Source of the DNA: an uncultured Gemmatimonadota bacterium
GTDB lineage: Bacteria > JAAXHH01
Reading direction: 5' to 3'
Length of the DNA stretch: 64,000 bases
Assembly (NCBI GenBank): GCA_951812955.1
Contig: OX638340.1
Coordinates: forward strand, 2,208,001-2,272,000
Position numbers and translations under genes: made by a program. Position 1 is the first letter of the stretch. Each line of letters starts with the position of its first letter. A model generated the notes under the pieces. It was not told the DNA's origin, ran no database searches, and worked only from the letters and a program-made list of their open reading frames with translations. Of this stretch, positions 39,195-48,834 are shown piece by piece.

Positions 39195-40826
39195 TCAGGC
39201 CTCGTCCATGAAAGGATAGCGCCAGTCCGTCGGCGGGACCATAGTTTCCTTGATCGTCCGGGCGCTCATCCACCGCAGCAGGTTCATCGGACTGCCCGCC
39301 TTGTCGTTCGTTCCGGACGCCCGGGCGCCACCGAAGGGCTGCTGTCCGACGACGGCCCCGGTGGGCTTGTCGTTGACGTAGAAATTACCGGCCGAGTTGC
39401 GGAGCGCATCCGATATGCGGACGATGGCTTCGCGGTCCTGCGCGAAGACGGAGCCGGTCAGGGCGTAGGGTGACGTGCCGTCGCAAAGCGTAAGCGTATC
39501 TTCCAACTGGTCGTCTTCGTAAACGTAGATCGTGAGCACGGGACCGAAGATTTCTTCTTCCATGGTTTTGAAACGCGGGTTCGTCGTCACGATTGTCGTC
39601 GGTTCGACGAACCAGCCTCGCTCGCGGTCGCAAACGCCGCCCGTGATGATCTCGGCGTCATCCGCCGAACGGGCGTATTCGATGTGACCGGCGATGTTTT
39701 CGAAGGAGGCCTCGTCGATCACGGCCGCCATGAAGTTGGTGAAGTCTTCGGGATCTCCCATCTTGATCTGCGAAGCTTCCGCCGTGAACCGATCCCTGAA
39801 TGCCGGCCACAGGGAACGGGGAATGTACATCCGGGAGGCCGCGGAACACTTCTGCCCCTGGTATTCGAAGGCGCCGCGTACCGCCGCCGCGACGAGGGCT
39901 TCCACGTCCGCTGAGGCGTGGACGAAGATGAAGTCCTTCCCTCCCGTCTCGCCCACGATGCGAGGGTAGTGCCTCATGCGCTCAAGGTTGCCCGCCACCG
40001 TGCGGTACATCCGCTGAAAGGTCTCTGTCGAACCGGTGAAATGGATCCCTGCCAGATCCGGGCTGTTCAGCACCGGATCGCCCACTTCGGCCCCGGATCC
40101 CGGGATGAAGTTAATCACGCCGGGGGGCAAACCGGCTTCTTGCAGCAGCCGCATGACGTGCCACGCCGAATAAACGGCCGAGGATGCCGGCTTCCAGAGG
40201 ACCGAGCAGCCGGTCAGCGCCGGCGCCGTGGGCAGGTTGCCGCCGATGGCCGTGAAATTGAACGGGGTTACGGCAAAGACGAACCCCTCGAGGGCCCGGT
40301 ACTCCAGTCGGTTCCACACCCCGACAGAGGATGCCGGCTGGTCGCTCATGAGCTGCGCGAGGTAGCTGACGTTGAATCGCCAGAAATCGATCAGTTCGCA
40401 GGCCGAATCGATCTCGGCCTGGTAGATCGTCTTGGACTGGCCCAGCATGGTGGCGGCGTTGACCGTCTGGCGCCAGGGACCGGCCAGCAAGTCCGCCGCT
40501 TTCGCTATAACCGACGCCCGGTGCTCCCAGGGCATATCCGCCCACGCGGCGCGGGCTTCCAGGGCCGCATCGATCGCCATACGGACCTCGACCGCTCCCG
40601 CTTTGTGATAGACGCCGAGATCGACTGTGTGATCGTGAGGCGCCCGTAGCGGTGCCGTGTTACCCGTCTTCACTTCGCGCCCGCCGATGATCAGTGGGAC
40701 CTCGACAGGCGAGGATTTCAACTCACCGAGCTTCGCCTTGACGGCGGCTCGTTCGGCCGATCCGGGCGCGTAGTCCAGTACCGGCTCGTTGTAGGGCTGA
40801 GGCGGGTTGAAGCGTGCGTTGGCCAT
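39195..40826 (-). CDS. pruA: L-glutamate gamma-semialdehyde (1-pyrroline-5-carboxylate) dehydrogenase
   Basis: Aldehyde dehydrogenase family with the PruA/RocA-type N-terminus MANARFNPPQPYNEPVLDYAPGS. Catalytic Cys in GQKCSAASR and the ETGGKD Glu motif. I prefer the start at 40826 over the ORF-track start at 40958. Confidence 0.85.
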   Translation of the reverse strand: MANARFNPPQPYNEPVLDYAPGSAERAAVKAKLGELKSSPVEVPLIIGGREVKTGNTAPLRAPHDHTVDLGVYHKAGAVEVRMAIDAALEARAAWADMPWEHRASVIAKAADLLAGPWRQTVNAATMLGQSKTIYQAEIDSACELIDFWRFNVSYLAQLMSDQPASSVGVWNRLEYRALEGFVFAVTPFNFTAIGGNLPTAPALTGCSVLWKPASSAVYSAWHVMRLLQEAGLPPGVINFIPGSGAEVGDPVLNSPDLAGIHFTGSTETFQRMYRTVAGNLERMRHYPRIVGETGGKDFIFVHASADVEALVAAAVRGAFEYQGQKCSAASRMYIPRSLWPAFRDRFTAEASQIKMGDPEDFTNFMAAVIDEASFENIAGHIEYARSADDAEIITGGVCDRERGWFVEPTTIVTTNPRFKTMEEEIFGPVLTIYVYEDDQLEDTLTLCDGTSPYALTGSVFAQDREAIVRISDALRNSAGNFYVNDKPTGAVVGQQPFGGARASGTNDKAGSPMNLLRWMSARTIKETMVPPTDWRYPFMDEA

Positions 40827-41095
40827 GATCCATATGTACCCGCCGCGGGGCCGATGTGTCAACTGTTTTGTAGGCCTTCCATGCGGCTGGAGGATCGGCG
40901 AATCAACGGCCGTTGGACGAGCGGACAGACGGCGGACAGACACTGCCGGACGGGCCATTTTAGCCTTGCCAGATCCTGCGGGGAAATGAGATATTGAGGT
41001 TATAGGCCAAAGCCAGACACGCGAATCATAAGAGCAGGATCAACCAGGTTCGCGGCAGCCCAGGAATTGCAGCCGCCCGGACCGGAGGTACGGTC

Positions 41096-42184
41096 ATGAG
41101 CACCGATCAAGCTGACCAGGAACACGGCATCAAGGCGGTCAACCAGGAATTCACGCAATACGACCAGGTGAAGAAGGAACAGACCTACAACCTGGCCGAA
41201 GGCGCGGCGGAGGAGGAATTCGACGAGGAAACGCAGATCAGGACCTGCGACATGAACCTGTTCCATCACGGCGGACCGGAGGGCAAGGCGCAGTTCGCCC
41301 GGGACATCGGTGAGGCCATGGAGGGCATCGGTTTCGTGATCCTCGAGAACCATGAAATCCCGGCCAGCCTGTACGTCGAGGCCGAGCGCAAGGTAGCCGA
41401 GTTCTTCACGTCCACGCCTATAGCGGATAAGATGAGATACGAGGCCCAGCGGCACGGGTCGGTCAACCAGGGCTACTTCCCCATCAAGCAGACCAGCCGG
41501 ATGCATCCCGATCTCGTCGAGGGCTGGGTATTCTGCCGGCGGGCCTTCAACCTGGGCGAGAACCCGGACTACCGCGAAACGGACTACTGGCCCGCGACCG
41601 GATACGAACCCTTTTTCCGCCAGGTCATCCGGCATCACGAAGGTCTGATCCTGCCCCTCATGCAGAGCATCCTGGCCTATCTCGGCTGTGACTCGACAAT
41701 GTACGACGAGAAACTCACGCGAACGAACTTCGGCTTCCGGCTCAACTACTACCCGCCCATCACCCGGGAGGACGACGAGTCCGGCGCCGGACGCATGCTG
41801 GGCCATGAGGACGTGGACCTGTTCACCATCCTGCCCTCCCACGGGGTGGATGGCCTGCAGGTGCTCAACCGCGAAAACATGAAGTGGATCCGCCTCAATC
41901 CGCCCGAGGGCAGCATCATCATCAACACCGGCGACTACATGCAGCGGATCACCAACGACCGCCTTCCTTCCACCACGCACCGTGTCAGCAAGCCTATCGA
42001 CACCAGTCTCTACGAATCGGCCCGCATCAGCATTCCCATGGCCGTATACGTCTGGGAGGAAGAAATGCTCGAGGTGCTGCCCAACACGGGCGAGCCCAAG
42101 TACGAACCCATCTCCGCCGTCCAGTTCCACACCCGGACCACGAGCAAGTACTACGGCGACGATTATGCGGTGGATGATGATTGA
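41096..42184 (+). CDS. 2OG-Fe(II) oxygenase, isopenicillin-N-synthase-like (DIOX_N + 2OG-FeII_Oxy)
   Basis: 362 aa. HxD...H triad context (GHEDVDLF ... TTHRV) and RxS-type 2OG binding. Confidence 0.7.
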   Translation: MSTDQADQEHGIKAVNQEFTQYDQVKKEQTYNLAEGAAEEEFDEETQIRTCDMNLFHHGGPEGKAQFARDIGEAMEGIGFVILENHEIPASLYVEAERKVAEFFTSTPIADKMRYEAQRHGSVNQGYFPIKQTSRMHPDLVEGWVFCRRAFNLGENPDYRETDYWPATGYEPFFRQVIRHHEGLILPLMQSILAYLGCDSTMYDEKLTRTNFGFRLNYYPPITREDDESGAGRMLGHEDVDLFTILPSHGVDGLQVLNRENMKWIRLNPPEGSIIINTGDYMQRITNDRLPSTTHRVSKPIDTSLYESARISIPMAVYVWEEEMLEVLPNTGEPKYEPISAVQFHTRTTSKYYGDDYAVDDD

Positions 42185-42380
42185 CGGGGACTGTTGAATC
42201 GAAATGGCTGATTCGATGTGGACGACGACTGACTAAATCGGGGCAGAAGCGGACCCTCTTCGAGCATTCGGAAGGTCGACGACCGAAGACGAAGCGATAA
42301 TACGTCTGTCGGCCACCCAGCGGCCCGCGAATGACCACCCGTGGTAGACGACGACAGGCGGGATCCAGGAAAGGCTAAGC

Positions 42381-43136
42381 ATGACTCCCCACGAAAGATA
42401 CCTCTTCGACCTGCAGGGTTTTATCGAGGTCCCGGACGCGTTGGACGCCGGGCAGCTCGCAGAACTGAACGGCATACTGGACGAGAAGATCGACGGGGCC
42501 ATGGCACCCGGCGCCACCACCCACCGATTCGGCTTCACCCTGCTCGACTGGGGACCAACCTACCGGGAACTGATCGACAATCCGCGGATAGATCCTTATC
42601 TGGAACAACTGATCGGTCCGAAGTACCGGCTGGACCACGATTATGCCGATATCATCCGAAAAGGCGACGGTCCAATCGGCACGACCCTCCACGGAGGCGC
42701 CATCCCCTTCGACCCCCTCTACTCCTACACCTGCACCAACGAAGAGATCCGTTGCGGCCTGACTGTGGTCGCCTACTACCTGAAGGACGTAAATCCAGGC
42801 GACGGCGGATTCGGCTGCGTGCCCGGCAGCCATAAGAGCAACTTCCGGTTCCCGGACGAGTGGCGCAACCTCAAGACCGACCAGCCCTTCATCCGCGCCG
42901 TAACCGGCAAGGCCGGCACCGCCGTCATATTCACCGAGGCCCTGACCCACGGCACCATGCCCTGGCACGGTGACGAGCGCCGCACCCTCTTCTACAAGTA
43001 CTCGCCCAATTCGATATCCTGGTACGCGGAATACTATGACGCCGACCGGTACGAAGGTCTGACGGAACGGCAGCAGGAGATCCTTGAGGCACCGAACGCG
43101 CGGTATGGAGAACGGTCTAAGCGTGGGGTTGTGTAG
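42381..43136 (+). CDS. phytanoyl-CoA dioxygenase (PhyH) family Fe(II)/2OG oxygenase
   Basis: 251 aa. ERYLFDLQGFIEVPDAL start; GSHK and the distal His (ALTHGTMPWHGD). Confidence 0.7.
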   Translation: MTPHERYLFDLQGFIEVPDALDAGQLAELNGILDEKIDGAMAPGATTHRFGFTLLDWGPTYRELIDNPRIDPYLEQLIGPKYRLDHDYADIIRKGDGPIGTTLHGGAIPFDPLYSYTCTNEEIRCGLTVVAYYLKDVNPGDGGFGCVPGSHKSNFRFPDEWRNLKTDQPFIRAVTGKAGTAVIFTEALTHGTMPWHGDERRTLFYKYSPNSISWYAEYYDADRYEGLTERQQEILEAPNARYGERSKRGVV

Positions 43137-43505
43137 GTGGGCTTTACGGATAGACCAGTTGATATTACGACCACATTTATTTGCTCATTGATTTACTGTA
43201 TCTCGAGGTTACAAATGGACGTTAAGGAAGCCGTAAGTACGGCCATAAAACATATTGCAGATGTATACTCGGAAGAGGGAATCTCGCATATTGGATTAGA
43301 AGAGGTAGAATACGACGAGATTAACTCACAATGGAACGTGACCGTTGGATTTGCACGTAAGTGGGACTTCCCTACTCCGGTTCTTATCCCCGTATTACCT
43401 TCACCAAGACCAAACCAAAGAACCTACAAAATCGTAGTAATTCGTGATAGAGACAAGAAGGTCACCGCAATGAAGATAAGGGATTTAGCTACGTCGAATG
43501 AATAG
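43137..43505 (+). CDS. hypothetical small protein, candidate antitoxin of the downstream PIN toxin
   Basis: Overlaps the PIN gene by 8 nt. First gene of the AT-rich island. Start ambiguous (GTG 43137 or ATG ~43215). No recognisable antitoxin fold by eye. Confidence 0.35.
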   Translation: MGFTDRPVDITTTFICSLIYCISRLQMDVKEAVSTAIKHIADVYSEEGISHIGLEEVEYDEINSQWNVTVGFARKWDFPTPVLIPVLPSPRPNQRTYKIVVIRDRDKKVTAMKIRDLATSNE

Positions 43506-43968
43506 TGTGCTTATAGATACGAATCTACTTGTCCTTTTGGTTGTAGGATCTACCGATAGAGAGTTTATTAGTCGACATAAACGCACAAAATCGTTCATAC
43601 CCAGAGACTATGACGAACTGACACGTCTGTTGTCGGGATCTCGTGAGTTATGGGTTACTTCTCACTGTCTGGCAGAGACATCGAATCTTCTGAAGCAAAC
43701 CGATAAAACAAAAGCACAGATCTTGTTACATACTCTTGCGGCCTACTGCGATATTGCCCGCGAATCGCATATTCCCAAAGAGACGGTATTTGGATACGAG
43801 AACTACCGCAGACTTGGCGTCACCGACACCGGCTTCATATACTCATCCGAAACAGTCTCTCGATCTATAACAGTAGATTTCAACTTGTACATCGAACTGA
43901 GTAACCTTGGCAGAGAAGTGATAAACTTCCACCACATCCGTGCTTCGTATCTCCAGAATGTCGATTGA
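43498..43968 (+). CDS. PIN-domain protein (VapC-like toxin)
   Basis: 156 aa. N-terminal LIDTNLLVLLVVG with the first acidic residue, plus later conserved acidic positions typical of PIN. Confidence 0.55.
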   Translation: MNSVLIDTNLLVLLVVGSTDREFISRHKRTKSFIPRDYDELTRLLSGSRELWVTSHCLAETSNLLKQTDKTKAQILLHTLAAYCDIARESHIPKETVFGYENYRRLGVTDTGFIYSSETVSRSITVDFNLYIELSNLGREVINFHHIRASYLQNVD

Positions 43969-44089
43969 CACGACGATCACACAGTTTTGCACATTCCAGT
44001 GCTTAGTTTTTGGTCAAGACCAACCTGTAGTTAAAACCAACCAATGGCCCTGAAGAAATCCCAAAATTTGGTAAACACTGCCAGGAGAG

Positions 44090-45034
44090 ATGCCACCTAT
44101 GCTTGACGAATTGGTTGGATGTATCGATGAACTTAAAGATCGTATTTCCAAATACCGAAACTCACTAAATGAGAACGAAACTCGTACTCGAATGCAGTTA
44201 ATAGATCCGCTGCTTCGTGTGCTGGGCTGGGACGTCTCCGATCCACGGTACGTTATCCCAGAATTCAAGGTGTCCGATGGTTGGGCTGACTATGCCTTAT
44301 TGCGGGATGATGGTAAGCCTGCTGCTATGGTGGAAGCTAAAAAACTGGACGAACCGTTAAAGCCCGCACACCGTGCTCAGATGTTGAAATACGCAATTGA
44401 GTTGGGTATCCCATACACTGGTTTGACAGATGGAAATCACTGGGAGTTGTACAATGTTTTCCAACCGGTACCTATGGAGGACAAACAGATCTTGGATGTT
44501 ACTTTATTGGATTCCCACTCCCACGAAAGTGCACTAAAGTTACTGCTGCTCTGGAATCCAAATCTAGACGCCGGCAGCGCGGTGAAAGCAAATGAACCTG
44601 TTCTCGTCGACACTCAGAATGGCGGTTCGATTCCTCCAATAATCGTTCCGCCACCATCGAACTGGAAGGCACTTTCAGATTACGAACCACCAGCAGGAAC
44701 ACCCGCACCTAAGGCTATTAGGCTTTGGGATGACTCAGAAAGAGAAGTGCATCATTGGTATGAAATTCTCACCATAGTAGCCGAAAAGCTCTACAACGAA
44801 AATGTCCTTACATTGGAACATATACCGATTCAATGGGCTAAAAAGACCTATAGTATTCACTCTCAACCAGTACATCCGACCGGCAACAAGTTTGAAAATC
44901 ATAAAGAAATCGGTAACTCGGGATTGTTCGTAAACGTAAATTTAAATACCGGTCAAGTACGAAATAACACCCGGAATCTACTGAAGAAATACAACATTGG
45001 TACAGAGAAGGTTTACCTCAAGGTAGCCGATTAG
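44090..45034 (+). CDS. HsdR_N-like PD-(D/E)xK nuclease-domain protein with uncharacterised C-terminal domain
   Basis: 314 aa. N-terminal NENETRTRMQLIDPLLRVLGW ... DYALLRDDGKPAAMVEAKKL is the type-I-restriction R-subunit N-terminal nuclease signature (D...EAK). The C-terminal ~160 aa match nothing I recognise. Confidence 0.55.
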   Translation: MPPMLDELVGCIDELKDRISKYRNSLNENETRTRMQLIDPLLRVLGWDVSDPRYVIPEFKVSDGWADYALLRDDGKPAAMVEAKKLDEPLKPAHRAQMLKYAIELGIPYTGLTDGNHWELYNVFQPVPMEDKQILDVTLLDSHSHESALKLLLLWNPNLDAGSAVKANEPVLVDTQNGGSIPPIIVPPPSNWKALSDYEPPAGTPAPKAIRLWDDSEREVHHWYEILTIVAEKLYNENVLTLEHIPIQWAKKTYSIHSQPVHPTGNKFENHKEIGNSGLFVNVNLNTGQVRNNTRNLLKKYNIGTEKVYLKVAD

Positions 45035-45444
45035 GTAGTTTCGTTGACCTACCATGTTGAGGAGTGATATTTCTTGATCTCCACAGACAAGGTTAAGGGT
45101 AAACCACAGCATACCTCCTCACTATCAGGCACGGTTCCTCAGTACGTTGAAGCGATATCAGCAACTCGCTAGCTAGCAGCTACCTGCCCCGTCGCATGGA
45201 ATACTGGGTACAAACCGTCTTTCACTTTAGTGGCGATTTGTTCACGGCTCCGTTCGTCAAATACAATTGAGCCCACTAATTCCACCTGTTTACCTCGACA
45301 AACAAGAGTACAGATCAATCACTTCGTATGACAAAACTCATTCAACTTCTATTCGAAATTGGAATCGGTGACCACCACTCAACCTCTGAATCGTGTGAGA
45401 CTGATGAAGATTCGCTGGTACATGGAAAGGATAATGGAGTGTAA

Positions 45445-47622
45445 TTGATGAATTCAACGTCTGAAGAAACCACCACCCGTCCCTGTTGGTTTGTGGGCGC
45501 CAGTTATTCTGGTACGGGCGATCAAACTGAGCGATTTCTCACGGAAGGTATCTGGGAGAACGGCTTCGACAACGATCATCCGGCCGTCGCGATGACCAAA
45601 ACCATTCAGCCCGGAGACCCAATCGCGATCAAGTCCGCCTACGTTCGCAAACACGACCTACCTTTTGACAGTCGCAACCAGTTCGTATCCGTAATGGCGA
45701 TCAAGGCCATCGGGACGGTTTTAGAGAACATCGGTGATGGCCATACCGTTAAGGTTAAATGGAATAAGGAGGTAACTCCGCGAGAATGGTATTTCTTTAC
45801 TAACAGAGGTACAGTTTGGAAAGTATCGCCTGGTAGTGACTGGTATTCCGACGCCCTGATCGGATTCGCGTTCGAGAACAAGCCGCAGGATATCGATCGT
45901 TTCTTAAAAGTGCCGTATTGGAGGGAGAGGTATCGAGGAGACACGCTCAATGATCAACGGTTTGCGTGGACGAGGTTCTACGAGGCCTTTGCGGATAAGC
46001 TGCTCACATATAGGAACAAGCGCTTAGACTTAATAAATGGTATACAAGAAATAGCTGCCAGAGAGTATGCCATGTTGGTTCTGAGGGATCAGTTTCGGGA
46101 CGGTACGATCGGTCCACTCAAAGACATATGCCCATTTACTACCATCGGATTGTTCAATAAGGGAATAACGAATAGCAATCGAAGATCAATTGCATCAGAA
46201 CTCGCTGAATTGCTGGGAGTGTCAGAGTCGGTTCCGGATTCATTCGATGGAATACCTGTTCTCAACAATCAGAATTCCTGGTTTTTTTCGTATGAAAAAA
46301 ACCGACGACCGGAAGATATTGAAATCCTTTGGAATGTTTACTCCCGTGCAATTGCCTTCGCTGATTCAGATGATTCCGATGCGCGATCTGCTTTCGTCTC
46401 TGCTTACGACGACGCATCCGAGGTTTCTCACGTAGGTTGGAAACTTACATTTGGGCTGTATTGGATACGGCCTTGGGATTTCCCCGTCCTCGACACGAAT
46501 ACCCGGCGTTACCTGGACAAGAAACTCAATATTGAGATCGGACTAAATGGACCGAAAAGGGGATACTGTAGTGCGAACGACTACCTGACGGTCCATGACA
46601 CACTTGAAAAGAGGTTTCTGGAGGACACATATCCGGTTCGTTCTTTTCCAGAACTAGCACGCGAAGCCTGGTTGTATAAGCCCGGTGACCCGGATCCCCC
46701 GCCAGATAGCGGTCTGGATCCCCCGCCACCACCTGTCCCTTATTCACTCGATGATATCGTGAAAGACGGCTGTTTCATTGCCAGAGATAAACTCGAGTCG
46801 ATACTCAATCGACTCCGTACCAAGAAAAACCTCATTCTACAAGGCCCTCCAGGAACCGGGAAGACTTGGCTCGCCAGGAAGTTGGCCTACGCTTTGATCT
46901 GTGAGCGAGACGAAAGCAAGGTTCGTTCGGTACAGTTCCATCCCAATCTCTCTTACGAAGATTTCGTACGTGGTTGGCGGCCGGCGGGAGATGGTAAACT
47001 TACGCTCGTAGATGGCCCCTTCATCGCCATAAGGGACGAGGCCGAAAAAGATCCTACTACTCGATACGTCTTGGTCATCGAAGAGATCAACCGGGGCAAT
47101 CCCGCACAGATTTTCGGCGAGATGCTGACATTGTTGGAGACCGACAAGCGAACTCCAGACGAAGCCTTGGAATTGGTTTATTCAAAGACTCCGGATGAGC
47201 GATTCTTTGTTCCTAACAATCTGTTTGTCATCGGGACGATGAACATTGCTGATCGTTCACTGGCACTTGTAGACCTGGCATTACGCCGTAGATTTGCATT
47301 TATCGATCTGGAACCTACCCTTGGCAAGACTTGGCGAGACTGGGTCCATTCTAAAAACGGGATAGATAACGAGACTCTCACCGAAATTGAGCATCGTATA
47401 GATGATCTGAACCGGACGATCTCCAATGATTCCGGTCTTGGCTCGCAATTTCGCTTGGGGCACAGTTATGTGACGCCGCCGTTTGAACAGCCGATTAAAG
47501 ATGGGAGAAAGTGGTACAGGGAAGTCGTTGAAACGGAAATTGGACCACTACTCGACGAATACTGGTTCGAAGACCTCGCGAAATCTAGAAACGCAAAAAA
47601 GAAACTTTTGGATGGTTTTTAG
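45445..47622 (+). CDS. mcrB: McrB-family GTPase (AAA+), with ~440-aa uncharacterised N-terminal region
   Basis: 725 aa. Walker A LILQGPPGTGKTW. McrB signature VLVIEEINRGNPAQIFGEMLTLLE. FVIGTMNIADRS. Confidence 0.85.
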   Translation: MMNSTSEETTTRPCWFVGASYSGTGDQTERFLTEGIWENGFDNDHPAVAMTKTIQPGDPIAIKSAYVRKHDLPFDSRNQFVSVMAIKAIGTVLENIGDGHTVKVKWNKEVTPREWYFFTNRGTVWKVSPGSDWYSDALIGFAFENKPQDIDRFLKVPYWRERYRGDTLNDQRFAWTRFYEAFADKLLTYRNKRLDLINGIQEIAAREYAMLVLRDQFRDGTIGPLKDICPFTTIGLFNKGITNSNRRSIASELAELLGVSESVPDSFDGIPVLNNQNSWFFSYEKNRRPEDIEILWNVYSRAIAFADSDDSDARSAFVSAYDDASEVSHVGWKLTFGLYWIRPWDFPVLDTNTRRYLDKKLNIEIGLNGPKRGYCSANDYLTVHDTLEKRFLEDTYPVRSFPELAREAWLYKPGDPDPPPDSGLDPPPPPVPYSLDDIVKDGCFIARDKLESILNRLRTKKNLILQGPPGTGKTWLARKLAYALICERDESKVRSVQFHPNLSYEDFVRGWRPAGDGKLTLVDGPFIAIRDEAEKDPTTRYVLVIEEINRGNPAQIFGEMLTLLETDKRTPDEALELVYSKTPDERFFVPNNLFVIGTMNIADRSLALVDLALRRRFAFIDLEPTLGKTWRDWVHSKNGIDNETLTEIEHRIDDLNRTISNDSGLGSQFRLGHSYVTPPFEQPIKDGRKWYREVVETEIGPLLDEYWFEDLAKSRNAKKKLLDGF

Positions 47623-48743
47623 TGGTGAATGGCCCAGTAGTTAGTACGGCTGACGAGACGATCGAACAGGCCGGGTATATCGGTCGTATCCCTTTACGAA
47701 ATATCTGGCTGCTCATGCTTTACGCCTCTGACCTTTTCAGGCAACTTGATGCGTCTGAATACCGCTCCTTCGAAGATAATCCTGATGACCTGCCCGATCT
47801 GGTTGCCGAGATCCTATCACATGAAGTCGAACGTCGACTAAAGCGAAATCTGAGTTACGGCTACCAATACCGTAACGAAGTGCTCGGACGGGTTCGCGGA
47901 CGTATCGACCTTTTACAAACCGAAGCTCATCAACTACTGCAACGCGGCATGGTCGCCTGTCGATTCGACGAACTGACAATCGACACACCGAGGAACAGGT
48001 ACGTTCGATCCGCCCTCGAGATGATATCCAAATATGTTCGTCGAAAAGACCTGGCTCACCAGTGCAGGTCCCTCGTTGGAAGCCTTAGGCGACAGGGAGT
48101 CGTTGGAGAACGACCTGGGCGTGAGGTGACGTCAGTTGAGCGATACGGTAGACATGACGCTGTTGACCGCAAGATGGTGGATGCGGCTCGTCTTGCCTTC
48201 GAAATGGCCATTCCGACCGAGCAGACCGGTTCCAGGCACCTTCCACTACCGGACCGTGATATAAACTGGATTCGCAGACTCTATGAGAAAGGCGTTGCAG
48301 GATTCTATGATGTGGTACTTTCCAGAAGGGGATGGAATGTGTATCCGGGAACGATTCTCAGATGGCCCACGACAGTCAGAAGTCCGCGAATAGACGGGAT
48401 ACTACCCTCCATGCGGACCGATATTGTGTTGGATCATGTTGACGAAGGCCGACGGATCGTTATAGACACGAAATTCAACTCGGTTTTGTCGAGAGGTTGG
48501 TATCGAAATGAAGGGATACGAAGCGGATACATGTACCAGATCTATGCTTACCTTAGGTCGCAGGAAGAGAGTGGTGATCCGCTTGATTGTAATGCAGAGG
48601 GAATGTTTCTCCATCCGTCGGTTGGTGAGATGTTCAACGAATGGGTAGATATTCAGGGTCATCGGATCCACTTCAATACCGTTGATCTCGCAACCGATAC
48701 ACAGACCATCAGATCGCAGTTGTTGGATGCGGTGAAACCTTAA
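47622..48743 (+). CDS. mcrC: McrC-family PD-(D/E)xK nuclease subunit
   Basis: 373 aa. GTG start overlaps the mcrB stop by 1 nt. C-terminal nuclease region DIVLDHVDEGRRIVIDTKFN. Confidence 0.75.
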   Translation: MVNGPVVSTADETIEQAGYIGRIPLRNIWLLMLYASDLFRQLDASEYRSFEDNPDDLPDLVAEILSHEVERRLKRNLSYGYQYRNEVLGRVRGRIDLLQTEAHQLLQRGMVACRFDELTIDTPRNRYVRSALEMISKYVRRKDLAHQCRSLVGSLRRQGVVGERPGREVTSVERYGRHDAVDRKMVDAARLAFEMAIPTEQTGSRHLPLPDRDINWIRRLYEKGVAGFYDVVLSRRGWNVYPGTILRWPTTVRSPRIDGILPSMRTDIVLDHVDEGRRIVIDTKFNSVLSRGWYRNEGIRSGYMYQIYAYLRSQEESGDPLDCNAEGMFLHPSVGEMFNEWVDIQGHRIHFNTVDLATDTQTIRSQLLDAVKP

Positions 48744-48834
48744 ACTGACTTTGCTCTCGACATAGTCGTTCCACCAGCCCATTTCCCGCATCCGTTTGGT
48801 GTGTTCGGCAGCTTCGGTAATCTCAAGATTTGAC

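Noticed and set aside
42185-42260. Hairpin GAATCGAA-atggctg-TTCGAT after the 2OG oxygenase gene as an intrinsic terminator
   Set aside because: Short AT-rich stem with no U-tract. Too weak to call.
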